This document shows, piece after piece, positions 19,116-29,361 of a DNA stretch of 64,000 nucleotides. A program made the translations under genes and the position numbers. The notes beneath the pieces were generated by a model. That model was not told the DNA's origin. It did no database searches and worked only from the letters and a program-made list of their open reading frames with translations. Source of the DNA: Patescibacteria group bacterium (lineage in GTDB: Bacteria > Patescibacteriota > Patescibacteriia > Patescibacteriales > UBA12075); assembly GCA_018897195.1 (NCBI GenBank), contig JAHILH010000001.1, forward strand, positions 412,565-476,564, written 5' to 3'. Positions within the stretch are counted from its first letter, which is position 1. Each line of letters begins with the position of its first letter.

Positions 19116-20225
19116 TCAATACTTGGATCGATTCCTAATATTTATGCTTTCAGCAATCCCAACCAAAATAAAGGTCGATATAACCACTGAACCACCATAG
19201 CTCAAAAATGGCAAAGCAATGCCCACCACGGGCAAAAGACCGATATTCATGCCAATATTAACAAACATTTCAATAAATATCATAAACATCATGCCCAAAA
19301 GAAAATAAATCGCAAAATCATCATTGGCTTTTCTAATTATCGCCACTAAACGCAAGAAAAAAACAGCAAAAAGGGAAATCACCAAAATAACCCCCATTAA
19401 TCCCAACTCCTCTGAAATAACCGCAAATATAAAATCAGTTTGTGCCTCTGGCAAAAACTTTAACTGCGACTGCGAACCAAAGCCAATACCCCGCCCAAAC
19501 AAACCGCCTGAGCCAACTGCAATAATCGCTTGGGTAATATTATAGCCCTCACCCAAAGAATCCTCCACTGATGGTTTAAAAAAGGTCATAATTCTTTGTT
19601 TTTGATAAGGCTTAAAAAATACCAACCAACCCATCACAAACACCAACACCAAAACACCACCAATGACATAAATATATTTCATATCAAAACCAGCAAAGAA
19701 AATCATTGCCCCCCAAATTGCAAACAAAATCAAAGCAGCGCCAAAGTCGGGTTGCTTCATCACCATCAAAATATAAACAAAACTGGCTAAGCCAGACACT
19801 AGCAGGTGGCGCAAGGGATTCATCCTAACTGAGTTATTAGAAAAATACTTAGCCAGAAAAATAATCAAGATTATCTTGGCAAACTCAACCGGTTGTAAAC
19901 GAAAGCCACCGATATCATACCATCCCATGGTACCTTTGACCGTTGTACCGATCACCAGTACACCCAATAGCAAAGCACCGCCGATAATATAAAGATAATT
20001 ACCAAAACTGCGAAAATTATGATAATCAATAAATGACAAAAAAATCATTACCCCAAGACCTAGTAGCACAAAAACAACCTGCTTCTTAAAATTGCCTAAA
20101 TCGGAACCACTCTTGCTCAAAGCAATGCTATAAATCTCAGCCAAGCCAAATAAGATCAATAAAAAAACTGAAAAAAACAATATCCAGTCGAACTTTTTTA
20201 AATATGAGAATATTCTACCAAACAT
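19116..20225 (-). CDS. SEDS-family peptidoglycan polymerase (RodA/FtsW)
   Basis: About 10 TM helices, with LQPVEFAK and PEAQTDFIFAVISEELG motifs. Confidence 0.85.
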   Translation of the reverse strand: MFGRIFSYLKKFDWILFFSVFLLILFGLAEIYSIALSKSGSDLGNFKKQVVFVLLGLGVMIFLSFIDYHNFRSFGNYLYIIGGALLLGVLVIGTTVKGTMGWYDIGGFRLQPVEFAKIILIIFLAKYFSNNSVRMNPLRHLLVSGLASFVYILMVMKQPDFGAALILFAIWGAMIFFAGFDMKYIYVIGGVLVLVFVMGWLVFFKPYQKQRIMTFFKPSVEDSLGEGYNITQAIIAVGSGGLFGRGIGFGSQSQLKFLPEAQTDFIFAVISEELGLMGVILVISLFAVFFLRLVAIIRKANDDFAIYFLLGMMFMIFIEMFVNIGMNIGLLPVVGIALPFLSYGGSVVISTFILVGIAESINIRNRSKY

Positions 20226-20238
20226 CTACAGTAAAAAA

Positions 20239-21261
20239 TTATTTCGTAAATCCTTCTCCCTTGAATTTGGAAAAAATATTATTATCAACAATATTAATAT
20301 CGGGCACGATTTCTATTTTATCAATTCCAGTCACCTGACCGGGAAATATTATACTAACATCTTTTTCAAGCCCTGAATAAAAATCTTCCAGCACATAACG
20401 ATAAACACTTACAACACGACTATTAGTCGATAGTAATATTACAAAACTAGCTTCTGCGTAATTAAAGCTAGTATTATTTTTTACCTTAAAATTAACTGAA
20501 TTTAAATCAACCTTTTCGCTTAAGGCGTTTTCGCTAGCCAGGGAAATATCAGTATCTGTGATAATAATTCCGTCTAAACGATCACCTCTGTAATCGTTCC
20601 AATTGCCATACTTATGAGGATCAATTCTGTGCCAATGCAGGGCGGTTATTTTGAAACTGACTTCGCTCGGTCGCCAATCAAGCTCCCTACCAAGTGCTAA
20701 AACATATTTACTCGCGCCTGGTAAAATTGTCGCCTTATTGTTCTCAATAACCTTCTCGCCACCAGTAAGAGCATATTCAATCTCAACCCAATGATTAGGA
20801 TTAGGATTTTTTACCTCTGTTAAAAAATCATATCTCCCAGGCAAAAATTCAAAAATCTGCACATTGTCGATTGCTAAGTTTTTTGGACTAGATTCTGTAA
20901 AATAATTATGACTTGGAAAAAAATTCTGCGTAAGCCTATTAAGCATGGCGGAGTCCTGTTTCATACCAAAAACAAAATAAGTGCCAAAGGCTGATAAGAA
21001 AAAACCCCAAAGCACAATTCCCAAAACACCAAGAAAAACATTTCTCACTAGAATAAAATTCCGTTTATTTTTGATAAGCCAAAAACCAGTATCTAACGAC
21101 TTTACAGTAATACCCTCTTGGTCTTTGTATCTTTCTAAGTCAATAGCCTGTTCAATTTCTACTTTTTCAACCTCTTTATTCCCGGTATCTTTTTTGACAA
21201 CCTTTTTCACTGCCAATTCTTCAGGAGTGAAATGGTCGTGTTTATTTTTGAGTAAATCCAT
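20239..21261 (-). CDS. hypothetical single-pass membrane protein
   Basis: Long ORF with one TM helix near residue 75. No motif recognised. Confidence 0.5.
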   Translation of the reverse strand: MDLLKNKHDHFTPEELAVKKVVKKDTGNKEVEKVEIEQAIDLERYKDQEGITVKSLDTGFWLIKNKRNFILVRNVFLGVLGIVLWGFFLSAFGTYFVFGMKQDSAMLNRLTQNFFPSHNYFTESSPKNLAIDNVQIFEFLPGRYDFLTEVKNPNPNHWVEIEYALTGGEKVIENNKATILPGASKYVLALGRELDWRPSEVSFKITALHWHRIDPHKYGNWNDYRGDRLDGIIITDTDISLASENALSEKVDLNSVNFKVKNNTSFNYAEASFVILLSTNSRVVSVYRYVLEDFYSGLEKDVSIIFPGQVTGIDKIEIVPDINIVDNNIFSKFKGEGFTK

Positions 21262-21314
21262 GATAATGAAAATTAATTTACTTTATTATACCACATTTAA
21301 TAAACTAAACAAAA

Positions 21315-21719
21315 TTAGCAACCCTTGTCCATCGCCAAATTCGCCAAAGCATCGGCTTCAGTGTTAAGCTCTCGACGAATGTGAGTATAAGTAATTTTTT
21401 TAAAATTAAGAGTCAGATTATGAACCTTAACAAACAACGAGGCCAAATCAGCATTTTTTACTTTGTATTCGAGTTTTAACTGCTTAACAACTAATTCGCT
21501 ATCCAAAAAACAATCTAATTCCACAGCCCCCAGCTCCTTTGCCCTTTCCAGGCCAGCCAAGATTGCCCGATATTCCGCTTGGTTATTGGTACCATTACCA
21601 ATAAACTCCGAAACCTCAGCAATGGTTTCGTTGTTTTCATTTTTGAGCACTGCTCCGATGCCGGATGGGCCAGGATTTCCTCTTGCCCCACCGTCGGAAT
21701 AAATTCTTAGTTTTGTCAT
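21315..21719 (-). CDS. rnhA: ribonuclease HI
   Basis: YSDGGARGNPGPSGIG, NNQAEYRAILAGLE and DSELVVKQ motifs, plus a C-terminal ADALAN. Confidence 0.85.
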   Translation of the reverse strand: MTKLRIYSDGGARGNPGPSGIGAVLKNENNETIAEVSEFIGNGTNNQAEYRAILAGLERAKELGAVELDCFLDSELVVKQLKLEYKVKNADLASLFVKVHNLTLNFKKITYTHIRRELNTEADALANLAMDKGC

Positions 21720-21720
21720 A

Positions 21721-23445
21721 TTATTTTATATCAACAATTATCATTTGAATTTCGGTCCGACCGTTAAACTCATTTAAATTAATATTGTAGACCAAGTCGA
21801 TAATTTGACCAGGGTTTAAGTCTTCCCATTTTTTACTCTGACCAAAGCCCAGTGCATTAATCACATTGGAGTCCTGTTGCTTTAATTTAAATTTCACGTG
21901 TTGATTATCTGAGCCCATGAACATTTTATCAATAATCACCGCCTGCATCGTGCTGAATTTCGGTCGGTCATTGCCCTGTCCAAACGGTTCAAAGCGGGCA
22001 ATATCACTAATTAAGGTTTCGTTGATTTCGGTAATTTTTAGATCCGCTTCAATCTTGATACTAGGCGCCAACTCAACATCCTTCAAGAATTCATTAGTAT
22101 TTGCAATCATTGTTTGTTTAAACTCATCAATCTTTTTGTCAGACAAACTTAAGCCACAGGCCATGGGATGACCACCAAATTTTTCTAACAATTCACTCAC
22201 ACCAGCAATCGCTTCAATCAAATTAAATTCCTCAATGCTACGGCCAGAACCTTTATAACCATCTTCCACTTTGGTAATTACCAATGTCGGTTTATAATAT
22301 TTTTCACAAATGCGACCGGCCACAAGACCAATAACGCCCTCATTCCAAATTTCACTTTGTTTTTCTTTATCCAAATCAAAAATCCCAATCAAAATTTTAT
22401 CCTTACTGTCCTTAACTTGATCATCCACCTGATTAAAAATCGCTACCGTTGCCTCCTGTCTTTGAATATTGCGATCGTTTAACTCTGTCGCTAATTCCAA
22501 TGCCCTGCCCTCATCCTTAGTAATCATCAAATCAAAAGCCGTGTTCGCATGATCCATCCGACCAGCAGCATTAATCCGCGGCGCAATTTGAAAACCAATA
22601 TTCCAAGAAGAAACTTTTTTATCATCAATCTTTGACGCTTTTAACAATTCCTTCAAACCAATTCGGCGCGAATCCTGCAACGACTTCAAACCTTCACGGA
22701 CTAAAATCCGATTCTCACCCAACAAAGGGACACAATCGGCCACCGTCCCAACGGCCACAAGGTCTAACATCCGCTTCTCAATCATCATTTTCATCTCATC
22801 ATTTAATTTTGCCTTACTCAAGATAGCCGTTGCCAATTTGAAAGCCACGCCCACGCCCGCCAAGAATTTGTAGGGATAGTTTTCTGTCGGCATCGAAGGA
22901 TTGATAATCAAACAGTTTGGCCAATCCTCGCGATTCTCTGGTGGCATGTGATGATCAGTAATAATTACCTCGATCCCCTGACTAAACGCATACGCCACTT
23001 CCTCCTTACTACGAATACCAGAGTCAACGGTAATCACTAACTTCGCTTTTTCGCCAGAAATAAAATCAATCGCTTGCTTATTGACGCCGTAACCCTCTTT
23101 AACGCGGTCTGGAATATAAACACTAACATCAGCCTTGAGCATTAGTAAAAAATCATATAACAAAGACGATGAAGTCACGCCATCAGCATCATAGTCACCG
23201 TAAATAAAAATCTTGTTACCAGCCTTGATGTGACCAATTACAATCTCGGTCGCCTTTTCCATATCATTAAAAAGAAATGGATCATTGGCGTCGGTATCAT
23301 AAGTAGCCTTTAATAAACTTTCAATATCGGCCTTTTTTGTAAAGCCGCGATTAAAGAGCAGTTGCAAGATAACCCTGCTATAATCAGGATTATCATTAAT
23401 AAAATCCTGACTAATCTCCGGCATTAAACGCCATTTTTTTTGCAT
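21721..23445 (-). CDS. recJ: single-stranded-DNA-specific exonuclease RecJ
   Basis: DHH motifs GDYDADGVTS and ITDHH, plus the DHHA1 motif GGHPMACG. Confidence 0.9.
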   Translation of the reverse strand: MQKKWRLMPEISQDFINDNPDYSRVILQLLFNRGFTKKADIESLLKATYDTDANDPFLFNDMEKATEIVIGHIKAGNKIFIYGDYDADGVTSSSLLYDFLLMLKADVSVYIPDRVKEGYGVNKQAIDFISGEKAKLVITVDSGIRSKEEVAYAFSQGIEVIITDHHMPPENREDWPNCLIINPSMPTENYPYKFLAGVGVAFKLATAILSKAKLNDEMKMMIEKRMLDLVAVGTVADCVPLLGENRILVREGLKSLQDSRRIGLKELLKASKIDDKKVSSWNIGFQIAPRINAAGRMDHANTAFDLMITKDEGRALELATELNDRNIQRQEATVAIFNQVDDQVKDSKDKILIGIFDLDKEKQSEIWNEGVIGLVAGRICEKYYKPTLVITKVEDGYKGSGRSIEEFNLIEAIAGVSELLEKFGGHPMACGLSLSDKKIDEFKQTMIANTNEFLKDVELAPSIKIEADLKITEINETLISDIARFEPFGQGNDRPKFSTMQAVIIDKMFMGSDNQHVKFKLKQQDSNVINALGFGQSKKWEDLNPGQIIDLVYNINLNEFNGRTEIQMIIVDIK

Positions 23446-23448
23446 AGG

Positions 23449-23553
23449 TTATTTCATGAAAGCCATACCAATAAAGGAAAACAGCATGGAAAAAATCATA
23501 ATGACTGCAAAGATTGCCAAAACTGTTTTAATTATTTTTTTTCTTCGTTTCAT
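23449..23553 (-). CDS. possible 34-aa membrane peptide (below the ORF-track cutoff)
   Basis: MKRRKKIIKTVLAIFAVIMIFSMLFSFIGMAFMK. Its stop lies 3 nt before the recJ start. Support is weak. Confidence 0.3.
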   Translation of the reverse strand: MKRRKKIIKTVLAIFAVIMIFSMLFSFIGMAFMK

Positions 23554-23583
23554 ATGTTATGTTATTAATTAATTTATTCATTC

Positions 23584-23752
23584 GTCATCCCAGCGAAGGC
23601 TGGGATCCAGGTACCTCGTAGATAGTTTTCAATATAAGGAAAATTAAAATTTACGAAGCATTATTTATTATCAATATTTATATCAAGATTAGTCTCCATA
23701 ATCATGTATCCATTATCTGTGGCGCCTGGATTCCCATTTTCATGGGAATGAC
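23584..23752. mobile_element. MITE-like element, family 1, full copy (169 bp)
   Basis: Same ends and core as 14742-14910. Stem bases differ, but always in pairs (cccagc/gctggg on the left, cccat/atggg on the right). Confidence 0.8.
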
Positions 23753-23761
23753 GCGGAAATT

Positions 23762-25546
23762 TTATTTCCGCAAAATCTTAATAAAGGTATCACTCGGAAT
23801 CTCCACGCTACCCTTACCCATTGCCATCATCTTCTTCTTGCCTTTCTTTTGCTTCTCTAATACTTTACGCTTACGACTCGCGTCACCACCATAAAGACCA
23901 GCTGTTACATCCTTGCGCATCGCTGATAAACGATCACCAGCCACCACGTGACCACCGATGGCAGCTTGCAATTTAATCACAAACATTTGGCGCGGAATGG
24001 TTTCCTTTAAAGTTTCAATAATTTCTTTACCGCGTCGGTTCGCCTCATTGGTATAAACAATCATTGATAAAGACTCAACCACTTCCTCGGCCACCATAAT
24101 ATCCATTTTAACCACGTCCGCTTCTTGGTAGCGAGAATATTCATAATTAATCGACGCATAGCCAGCGCTGATACTTTTTATCTTATCATAAAAATCCGTC
24201 AAAATCGTACTCATCGGAATTTCATAATGAATCACTGCTCTCGTTTCATCAATATATTCGGTCGTCTTGTAAACACCGCGACGCTCTTGCGCCAAAGACA
24301 TAATGCCGCCAATATACTCCTTGGGTGTAATAATATCCAAATTTACCCACGGCTCTTCAATCTTTTCAATTACCTCGCGCGCGGGAAACTGTTGCGGTGT
24401 GCGAATAATGCTACTCTCGCCATTTTTGCGATAAATTTTATAAGCCACACTCGGGACAGTCACAATCAGTTCCAAATTATATTCTCGACGCAAACGTTCT
24501 TGAAATATTTCCAAATGCAAAATTCCCAAAAAACCACAACGATAACCAATGCCTAGAGCATCAGATTGTTCTGGCTCATAAACCAGAGCTGAGTCATTTA
24601 ATTTCAATTTATCAATCGCATCACGCAAAGCCTCAAACTCATTACCCTCTTGTGGAAAAATACCAGCAAAAACCATCGGCTTCACTTCAGTATAACCTTT
24701 TAGAGGCTCCATATCTTTCGCATCTTTAACCAAAGTAATCGTATCACCCACTCGACATTCATTCACACTCTTAAAGCCTGTCACAATATAACCAATCTTG
24801 CCCGGTTCCAAATGCGCTGTCGAAAAATAATCCGGCTTCAAAACCCCAACATCAATAACCTCACTCTCAGCCCGTGTCGCCAATAATTTTATCTTATCCT
24901 TTTTACTTACAGTGCCGTCGATAATACGCACATAAGCAACCACGCCCTTAAATTCATCGTAATTAGAATCAAAAATCAAAGCGCGCAACTTGCCGTCATC
25001 AATTAATTTTTTCGGTGGTGCCACTTTTTCGATCACAGCTTGCAAAACCTCAGCCACGCCTTCGCCCGTCTTTCCGGAAGCATAAATAATATCTTCTTCA
25101 TCACAACCCAATAAATTCATAATCTCATTCTTGGTTTTTTCTTTATCAGCGGCTGGCAAATCAATCTTATTCGCCACGGGAATAATCGTTAAGTTCTGAT
25201 CCAGCGCTAAATAAAGATTGGCCAAAGTCTGCGCCTGAATTCCTTGCGTCGCATCCACAAGTAAAATCGCCCCTTCTACGGCAGCCAAACTTCGTGAAAC
25301 TTCATAAGTGAAATCCACATGCCCGGGAGTATCAATTAAATTCAAAGTATAACCCTGATAGTCCATGGTTACTGGTTGCAACTTAATCGTTATTCCTCGC
25401 TCGCGTTCAATGTCCATTCGATCCAATAATTGAGCCTTCATCTTTCGTTTCTCAACCGTATTGGTAACCTCTAACATTCGGTCAGAAAGTGTCGATTTTC
25501 CATGATCAATATGAGCAATAATACAAAAATTTCTGATTTTATCCAT
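23762..25546 (-). CDS. lepA: elongation factor 4
   Basis: MDKIRNFCIIAHIDHGKSTL, the G-domain motifs and the LepA C-terminal domain. The second ATG (25546) is preferred over the track start at 25576. Confidence 0.95.
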   Translation of the reverse strand: MDKIRNFCIIAHIDHGKSTLSDRMLEVTNTVEKRKMKAQLLDRMDIERERGITIKLQPVTMDYQGYTLNLIDTPGHVDFTYEVSRSLAAVEGAILLVDATQGIQAQTLANLYLALDQNLTIIPVANKIDLPAADKEKTKNEIMNLLGCDEEDIIYASGKTGEGVAEVLQAVIEKVAPPKKLIDDGKLRALIFDSNYDEFKGVVAYVRIIDGTVSKKDKIKLLATRAESEVIDVGVLKPDYFSTAHLEPGKIGYIVTGFKSVNECRVGDTITLVKDAKDMEPLKGYTEVKPMVFAGIFPQEGNEFEALRDAIDKLKLNDSALVYEPEQSDALGIGYRCGFLGILHLEIFQERLRREYNLELIVTVPSVAYKIYRKNGESSIIRTPQQFPAREVIEKIEEPWVNLDIITPKEYIGGIMSLAQERRGVYKTTEYIDETRAVIHYEIPMSTILTDFYDKIKSISAGYASINYEYSRYQEADVVKMDIMVAEEVVESLSMIVYTNEANRRGKEIIETLKETIPRQMFVIKLQAAIGGHVVAGDRLSAMRKDVTAGLYGGDASRKRKVLEKQKKGKKKMMAMGKGSVEIPSDTFIKILRK

Positions 25547-25757
25547 ATATATAATACTGTAATAAATACTAAACAAAGGCGAGATATAATAATCTTCGCC
25601 CCTTTCTCAGTTTCTGCATTTATCTTAACTATTTTTTAACTTTTAGTCAAATTAAGCTTGATTTATTAAATAAATACTGCTAAAATAAAAATAATTTTTA
25701 AAAATCATTTAATACAAAACCCGCCTACGTTAGAACTACGGCGCGGTAAGGCAAAAT

Positions 25758-27641
25758 ATGAAAGCTAATGAATTACGCCAGAAATATTTGGACTTTTTTA
25801 AGTCTAAGGGGCACACTATTATTCCAAGTGAATCTTTGATTCCGCAAAACGATCCAACTACCCTCTTTACCAGCTCGGGCATGCAACCGCTAGTTCCCTA
25901 TCTTATGGGTGAAAAACATCCAATGGGCACTAAATTAACCAATTCCCAAAAATCATTCCGCTCCGAAGATATCGAAGAAGTTGGCGACAACCGCCATAAT
26001 ACTTTTTTTGAAATGCTTGGTAACTGGTCTTTGGGTGATTATTTTAAACAAGAACAAATCCCCTGGATGTTTGAATTCCTAATTGATGTTGTTGGACTAG
26101 ATCCAGCCCGACTCTATACTACTGTATATAGAGGCAACGAAGAAATTGGCATTGAACGCGACATGGAGTCAGTCAATCTTTGGAAAAAGCTTTTCAAAGA
26201 TAAAGGCATTGAAGCGATTGATATTGATTTTGCGGAAGACAAAGGCATGCAAGGTGGCAGAATTTTTTATTACGGCGATAAGAAAAATTGGTGGTCACGC
26301 TCTGGTATTCCAGCCAAGATGCCCATCGGAGAAATTGGCGGACCAGACAGTGAAATGTTTTACGACCTCGGCGCTGATTTAAAAAAACACGAAAATTCAC
26401 AATGGAAAGACGAACCTTGCCACGTTAATTGCGACTGTGGTCGCTTTATTGAAATTGGCAACAACGTCTTCATGGAATTTCGCAAAACCGAAAATGGTTT
26501 TGAAAAATTACCGCAGAGAAATGTCGATTTTGGTGGCGGATTAGAAAGAATCCTAATGGCGGCTGAGGGCAAGGATAATATTTTTGAAACTGATTTATTT
26601 GTCAATATCTTAAACAAATTAACCGAACTCACCAACGGCAAAACCTACAAAGAAAACATGCACGCTTTTGAGGTTATTTCCGACCACTTAAAAGCAGCGA
26701 CCTTTATCATGGGTGACAACAAAGGCATTGCCCCAGCAAACACTGATCAGGGGTACATTGTACGTCGTTTAATCAGAAGGGCCATTCGTTATGGTATGCA
26801 AATTGGCATCAATAAAAATGATTGGGCAAAAGAAATTGCGCAAATAGTAATCAGTGATTATGGTGATACTTTTATTGAACTTGAAAGAAATAAGAATTTT
26901 ATTCTTGCCGAAATGTCTAAGGAAGAAGAAAAGTTTAGCAAAACCTTGGAGAATGGTTTAAAAGAATTCAAAAAATGGACAATGACAACAAGTAGTGCAA
27001 TCGGAATCATACCAGGAAAGGTAGCCTTTGATCTTTTTACAACTTATGGCTTTCCGATTGAGATGACCGTGGAAATGGCTAAAGAACTACATAAGCAGGT
27101 CGATTTAATTAGCTTTGAAGAAGAATTAAAAAAACACCAAGACTTATCCCGTACAGCCAGTGCCGGCATGTTCAAGGGCGGACTCGCAGACCAAGGTGAA
27201 GAAACCAAAAAACTCCACACTGCCGCTCACCTACTTTTAGCCGCGCTTAGAAAAGTCCTTGGCAACCATGTCGTCCAGCGCGGTAGTAATATTACGGCAG
27301 AACGCTTACGCTTTGATTTCTCGCATCCCGACAAAATGACGGACGAACAAAAACAAGCCGTCGAAAAACTAGTCAATGAAGCCATTGAAGCTACGTTGCC
27401 AGTCAGCGTCGAAGAAATAACCTTAGATGATGCCAAGGCCAAAGGCGCCATGGGAGTCTTCGAATCCAAATACGGCGAAATGGTCAAAGTCTACGCTGTC
27501 GGCGAAGGCACGGATCGATTCTCTTACGAAATCTGTGGAGGTCCACATATAAATAATACTTCAGAATTAGGCAAGTTTAAGATTCAAAAAGAAGAAAGTT
27601 CATCTTCGGGAGTTAGAAGAATTAAGGCAATACTAAGCTAA
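25758..27641 (+). CDS. alaS: alanyl-tRNA synthetase, short form (627 aa)
   Basis: MKANELRQKYLDFFKSKGH, the class II core, and the editing-domain HTAAHLL and CGGPH motifs. It ends right after the editing domain. Confidence 0.9.
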   Translation: MKANELRQKYLDFFKSKGHTIIPSESLIPQNDPTTLFTSSGMQPLVPYLMGEKHPMGTKLTNSQKSFRSEDIEEVGDNRHNTFFEMLGNWSLGDYFKQEQIPWMFEFLIDVVGLDPARLYTTVYRGNEEIGIERDMESVNLWKKLFKDKGIEAIDIDFAEDKGMQGGRIFYYGDKKNWWSRSGIPAKMPIGEIGGPDSEMFYDLGADLKKHENSQWKDEPCHVNCDCGRFIEIGNNVFMEFRKTENGFEKLPQRNVDFGGGLERILMAAEGKDNIFETDLFVNILNKLTELTNGKTYKENMHAFEVISDHLKAATFIMGDNKGIAPANTDQGYIVRRLIRRAIRYGMQIGINKNDWAKEIAQIVISDYGDTFIELERNKNFILAEMSKEEEKFSKTLENGLKEFKKWTMTTSSAIGIIPGKVAFDLFTTYGFPIEMTVEMAKELHKQVDLISFEEELKKHQDLSRTASAGMFKGGLADQGEETKKLHTAAHLLLAALRKVLGNHVVQRGSNITAERLRFDFSHPDKMTDEQKQAVEKLVNEAIEATLPVSVEEITLDDAKAKGAMGVFESKYGEMVKVYAVGEGTDRFSYEICGGPHINNTSELGKFKIQKEESSSSGVRRIKAILS

Positions 27642-27652
27642 ACATCAATTAA

Positions 27653-27851
27653 AGCTCCCTCTCCTTGCCAGGAGAGGGTTAACGCAATCCTCGTCCGACA
27701 AATAATAAAGGGGACGAGGTGAGGTAGTTATTATCAAATCTTCAATATAAAAAAACTCGATTCAAGAACGAATCGAGTTTTTTGTATTCCATATTTTAAA
27801 TTTTCTTCGGACCACCCCTCACCCCGACCCTCTCCCGCCGGGGCGAGGGAG
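27653..27851. repeat. GC-rich repeat family 2, expanded copy split around a terminator
   Basis: Left module 27653-27728 and right module 27811-27851 match 15722-15814. The centre holds an extra hairpin and the alaS/cysS terminator. Confidence 0.55.
27749..27784. terminator. bidirectional terminator between alaS and cysS
   Basis: Hairpin actcgattc/gaatcgagt between A6 and T7. Confidence 0.7.
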
Positions 27852-27870
27852 AATATATAGCATCCTTTTC

Positions 27871-29265
27871 CTATATTTTCATAACCCGCATTTCCTCACC
27901 ACTATCCTCCACTCCAAATCCCATCTTATTAATCTCATCGCGCAATCGATCCGACTCAGTCCAATCTTTCGCCACGCGCGCAATTTTTCTTTTTTCCACC
28001 AAAGCAATCACCTCCTGTGGCAAGGGTTTTTCTTTTTGCTTATCCAAATCCAAGCCAAGCACCTTGTCAAAATCCAAGATCGTCGCCAACTTATCAACCT
28101 TACTCAATTCCGATTTCAAAACTTCCTGCACTACCGCTAAGGCCTGAGGTGTATTCAAATCGTCATTAACTGCTTCTGAAAATTTATCCTTAAATTTCAT
28201 ATTCACAATGCCAGTTTCTAAATCTTCAACCTTAAACATCAAAGTCCGAACTTTATTCACTAAATTCATCAAACCATTATCGGCATTCTTCATTGCCTCC
28301 TCACTATATTCCATTGGCTTGCGATAATGTGTTTGCAAGGCCGCAAAACGATAAACCAAGGGATTAATATCTTTTTTAATTAAAGCATTTTCCAAAGTTA
28401 AAAAATTATCATCACTCTTCGCCATTTTCTTGCCACCAGCAATATTTAAAAAAGCATTATGTAGCCAATAGTTAAAGAACGGTTTACCCGTTGCTGCCTC
28501 AGATTGAGCAATTTCATTGGTATGATGCACATTAATATGGTCAAAACCACCGCAATGAATATCTTGATTATCTGGCAATTCAGCCATACTCATCGCCGAG
28601 CACTCTAAATGCCAACCCGGAAAGCCAACACCCCACGGACTCTCCCATTCCATTTGCCGCTTCTCATCCTTAGAAGAAAACTTCCATAGCGCAAAATCAG
28701 TCGAATTTTTCTTTTCCTCATTAATCTCCACTCGCGCGCCTTCACGCAAAGTTTCTAAGTCCAAATGTGACAGCTTATTATAATCGGGAAATTTAGCAGT
28801 ATCAAAATAAATCCCATCACTAATCTTATAAGTAAAACCTTTTTCTTCAAGTATTTTTAATAAATCAATCTGCTCTTGGATATAATCAGTCGCCTTGGTA
28901 AAAATGCTTGGTTCCAAAATATTCATAAGCATCAAATCTTTCTTAAAAGCCGCCGTATAAAACTCCGCAATCTCCCAGGCTGTTTTACCCTCGCGCTGCG
29001 CCCCTTTTTCCAATTTATCTTGCCCTGTGTCACCATCACCAACCAAATGCCCCACATCAGTAATATTCATCACGTGTCGCACTTGATAGCCATTATACAA
29101 CAAAACCCTCTTTAGGATATCCTCAAAGAGGTACGAGCGTAAATTGCCAAGATGGGCATAATTATAAACCGTCGGTCCGCAAGTATACAGCCCTACCACA
29201 TCAGCCATAGCCTTAAATTCCTCCTTTTTCCTGGTTAAAGTATTTTGTAAATAGATTTTTTTCAT
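27871..29265 (-). CDS. cysS: cysteinyl-tRNA synthetase
   Basis: Class I HLGN (HIGH-type) and KMAKS (KMSKS) motifs. Full length. Confidence 0.95.
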   Translation of the reverse strand: MKKIYLQNTLTRKKEEFKAMADVVGLYTCGPTVYNYAHLGNLRSYLFEDILKRVLLYNGYQVRHVMNITDVGHLVGDGDTGQDKLEKGAQREGKTAWEIAEFYTAAFKKDLMLMNILEPSIFTKATDYIQEQIDLLKILEEKGFTYKISDGIYFDTAKFPDYNKLSHLDLETLREGARVEINEEKKNSTDFALWKFSSKDEKRQMEWESPWGVGFPGWHLECSAMSMAELPDNQDIHCGGFDHINVHHTNEIAQSEAATGKPFFNYWLHNAFLNIAGGKKMAKSDDNFLTLENALIKKDINPLVYRFAALQTHYRKPMEYSEEAMKNADNGLMNLVNKVRTLMFKVEDLETGIVNMKFKDKFSEAVNDDLNTPQALAVVQEVLKSELSKVDKLATILDFDKVLGLDLDKQKEKPLPQEVIALVEKRKIARVAKDWTESDRLRDEINKMGFGVEDSGEEMRVMKI

Positions 29266-29301
29266 AAGTTAATTCTATAATATTATTTAATTTTAAGCAA
29301 G

Positions 29302-29337
29302 AAAAAATAGCCACTTTTTTTCCAGGGCTATTTTTTT
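29302..29337 (-). terminator. terminator after parB
   Basis: Hairpin atagcc/ggctat followed by a T-run on the minus strand. Confidence 0.5.
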
Positions 29338-29361
29338 AAAATCAATAATCAAAGTAAATAT

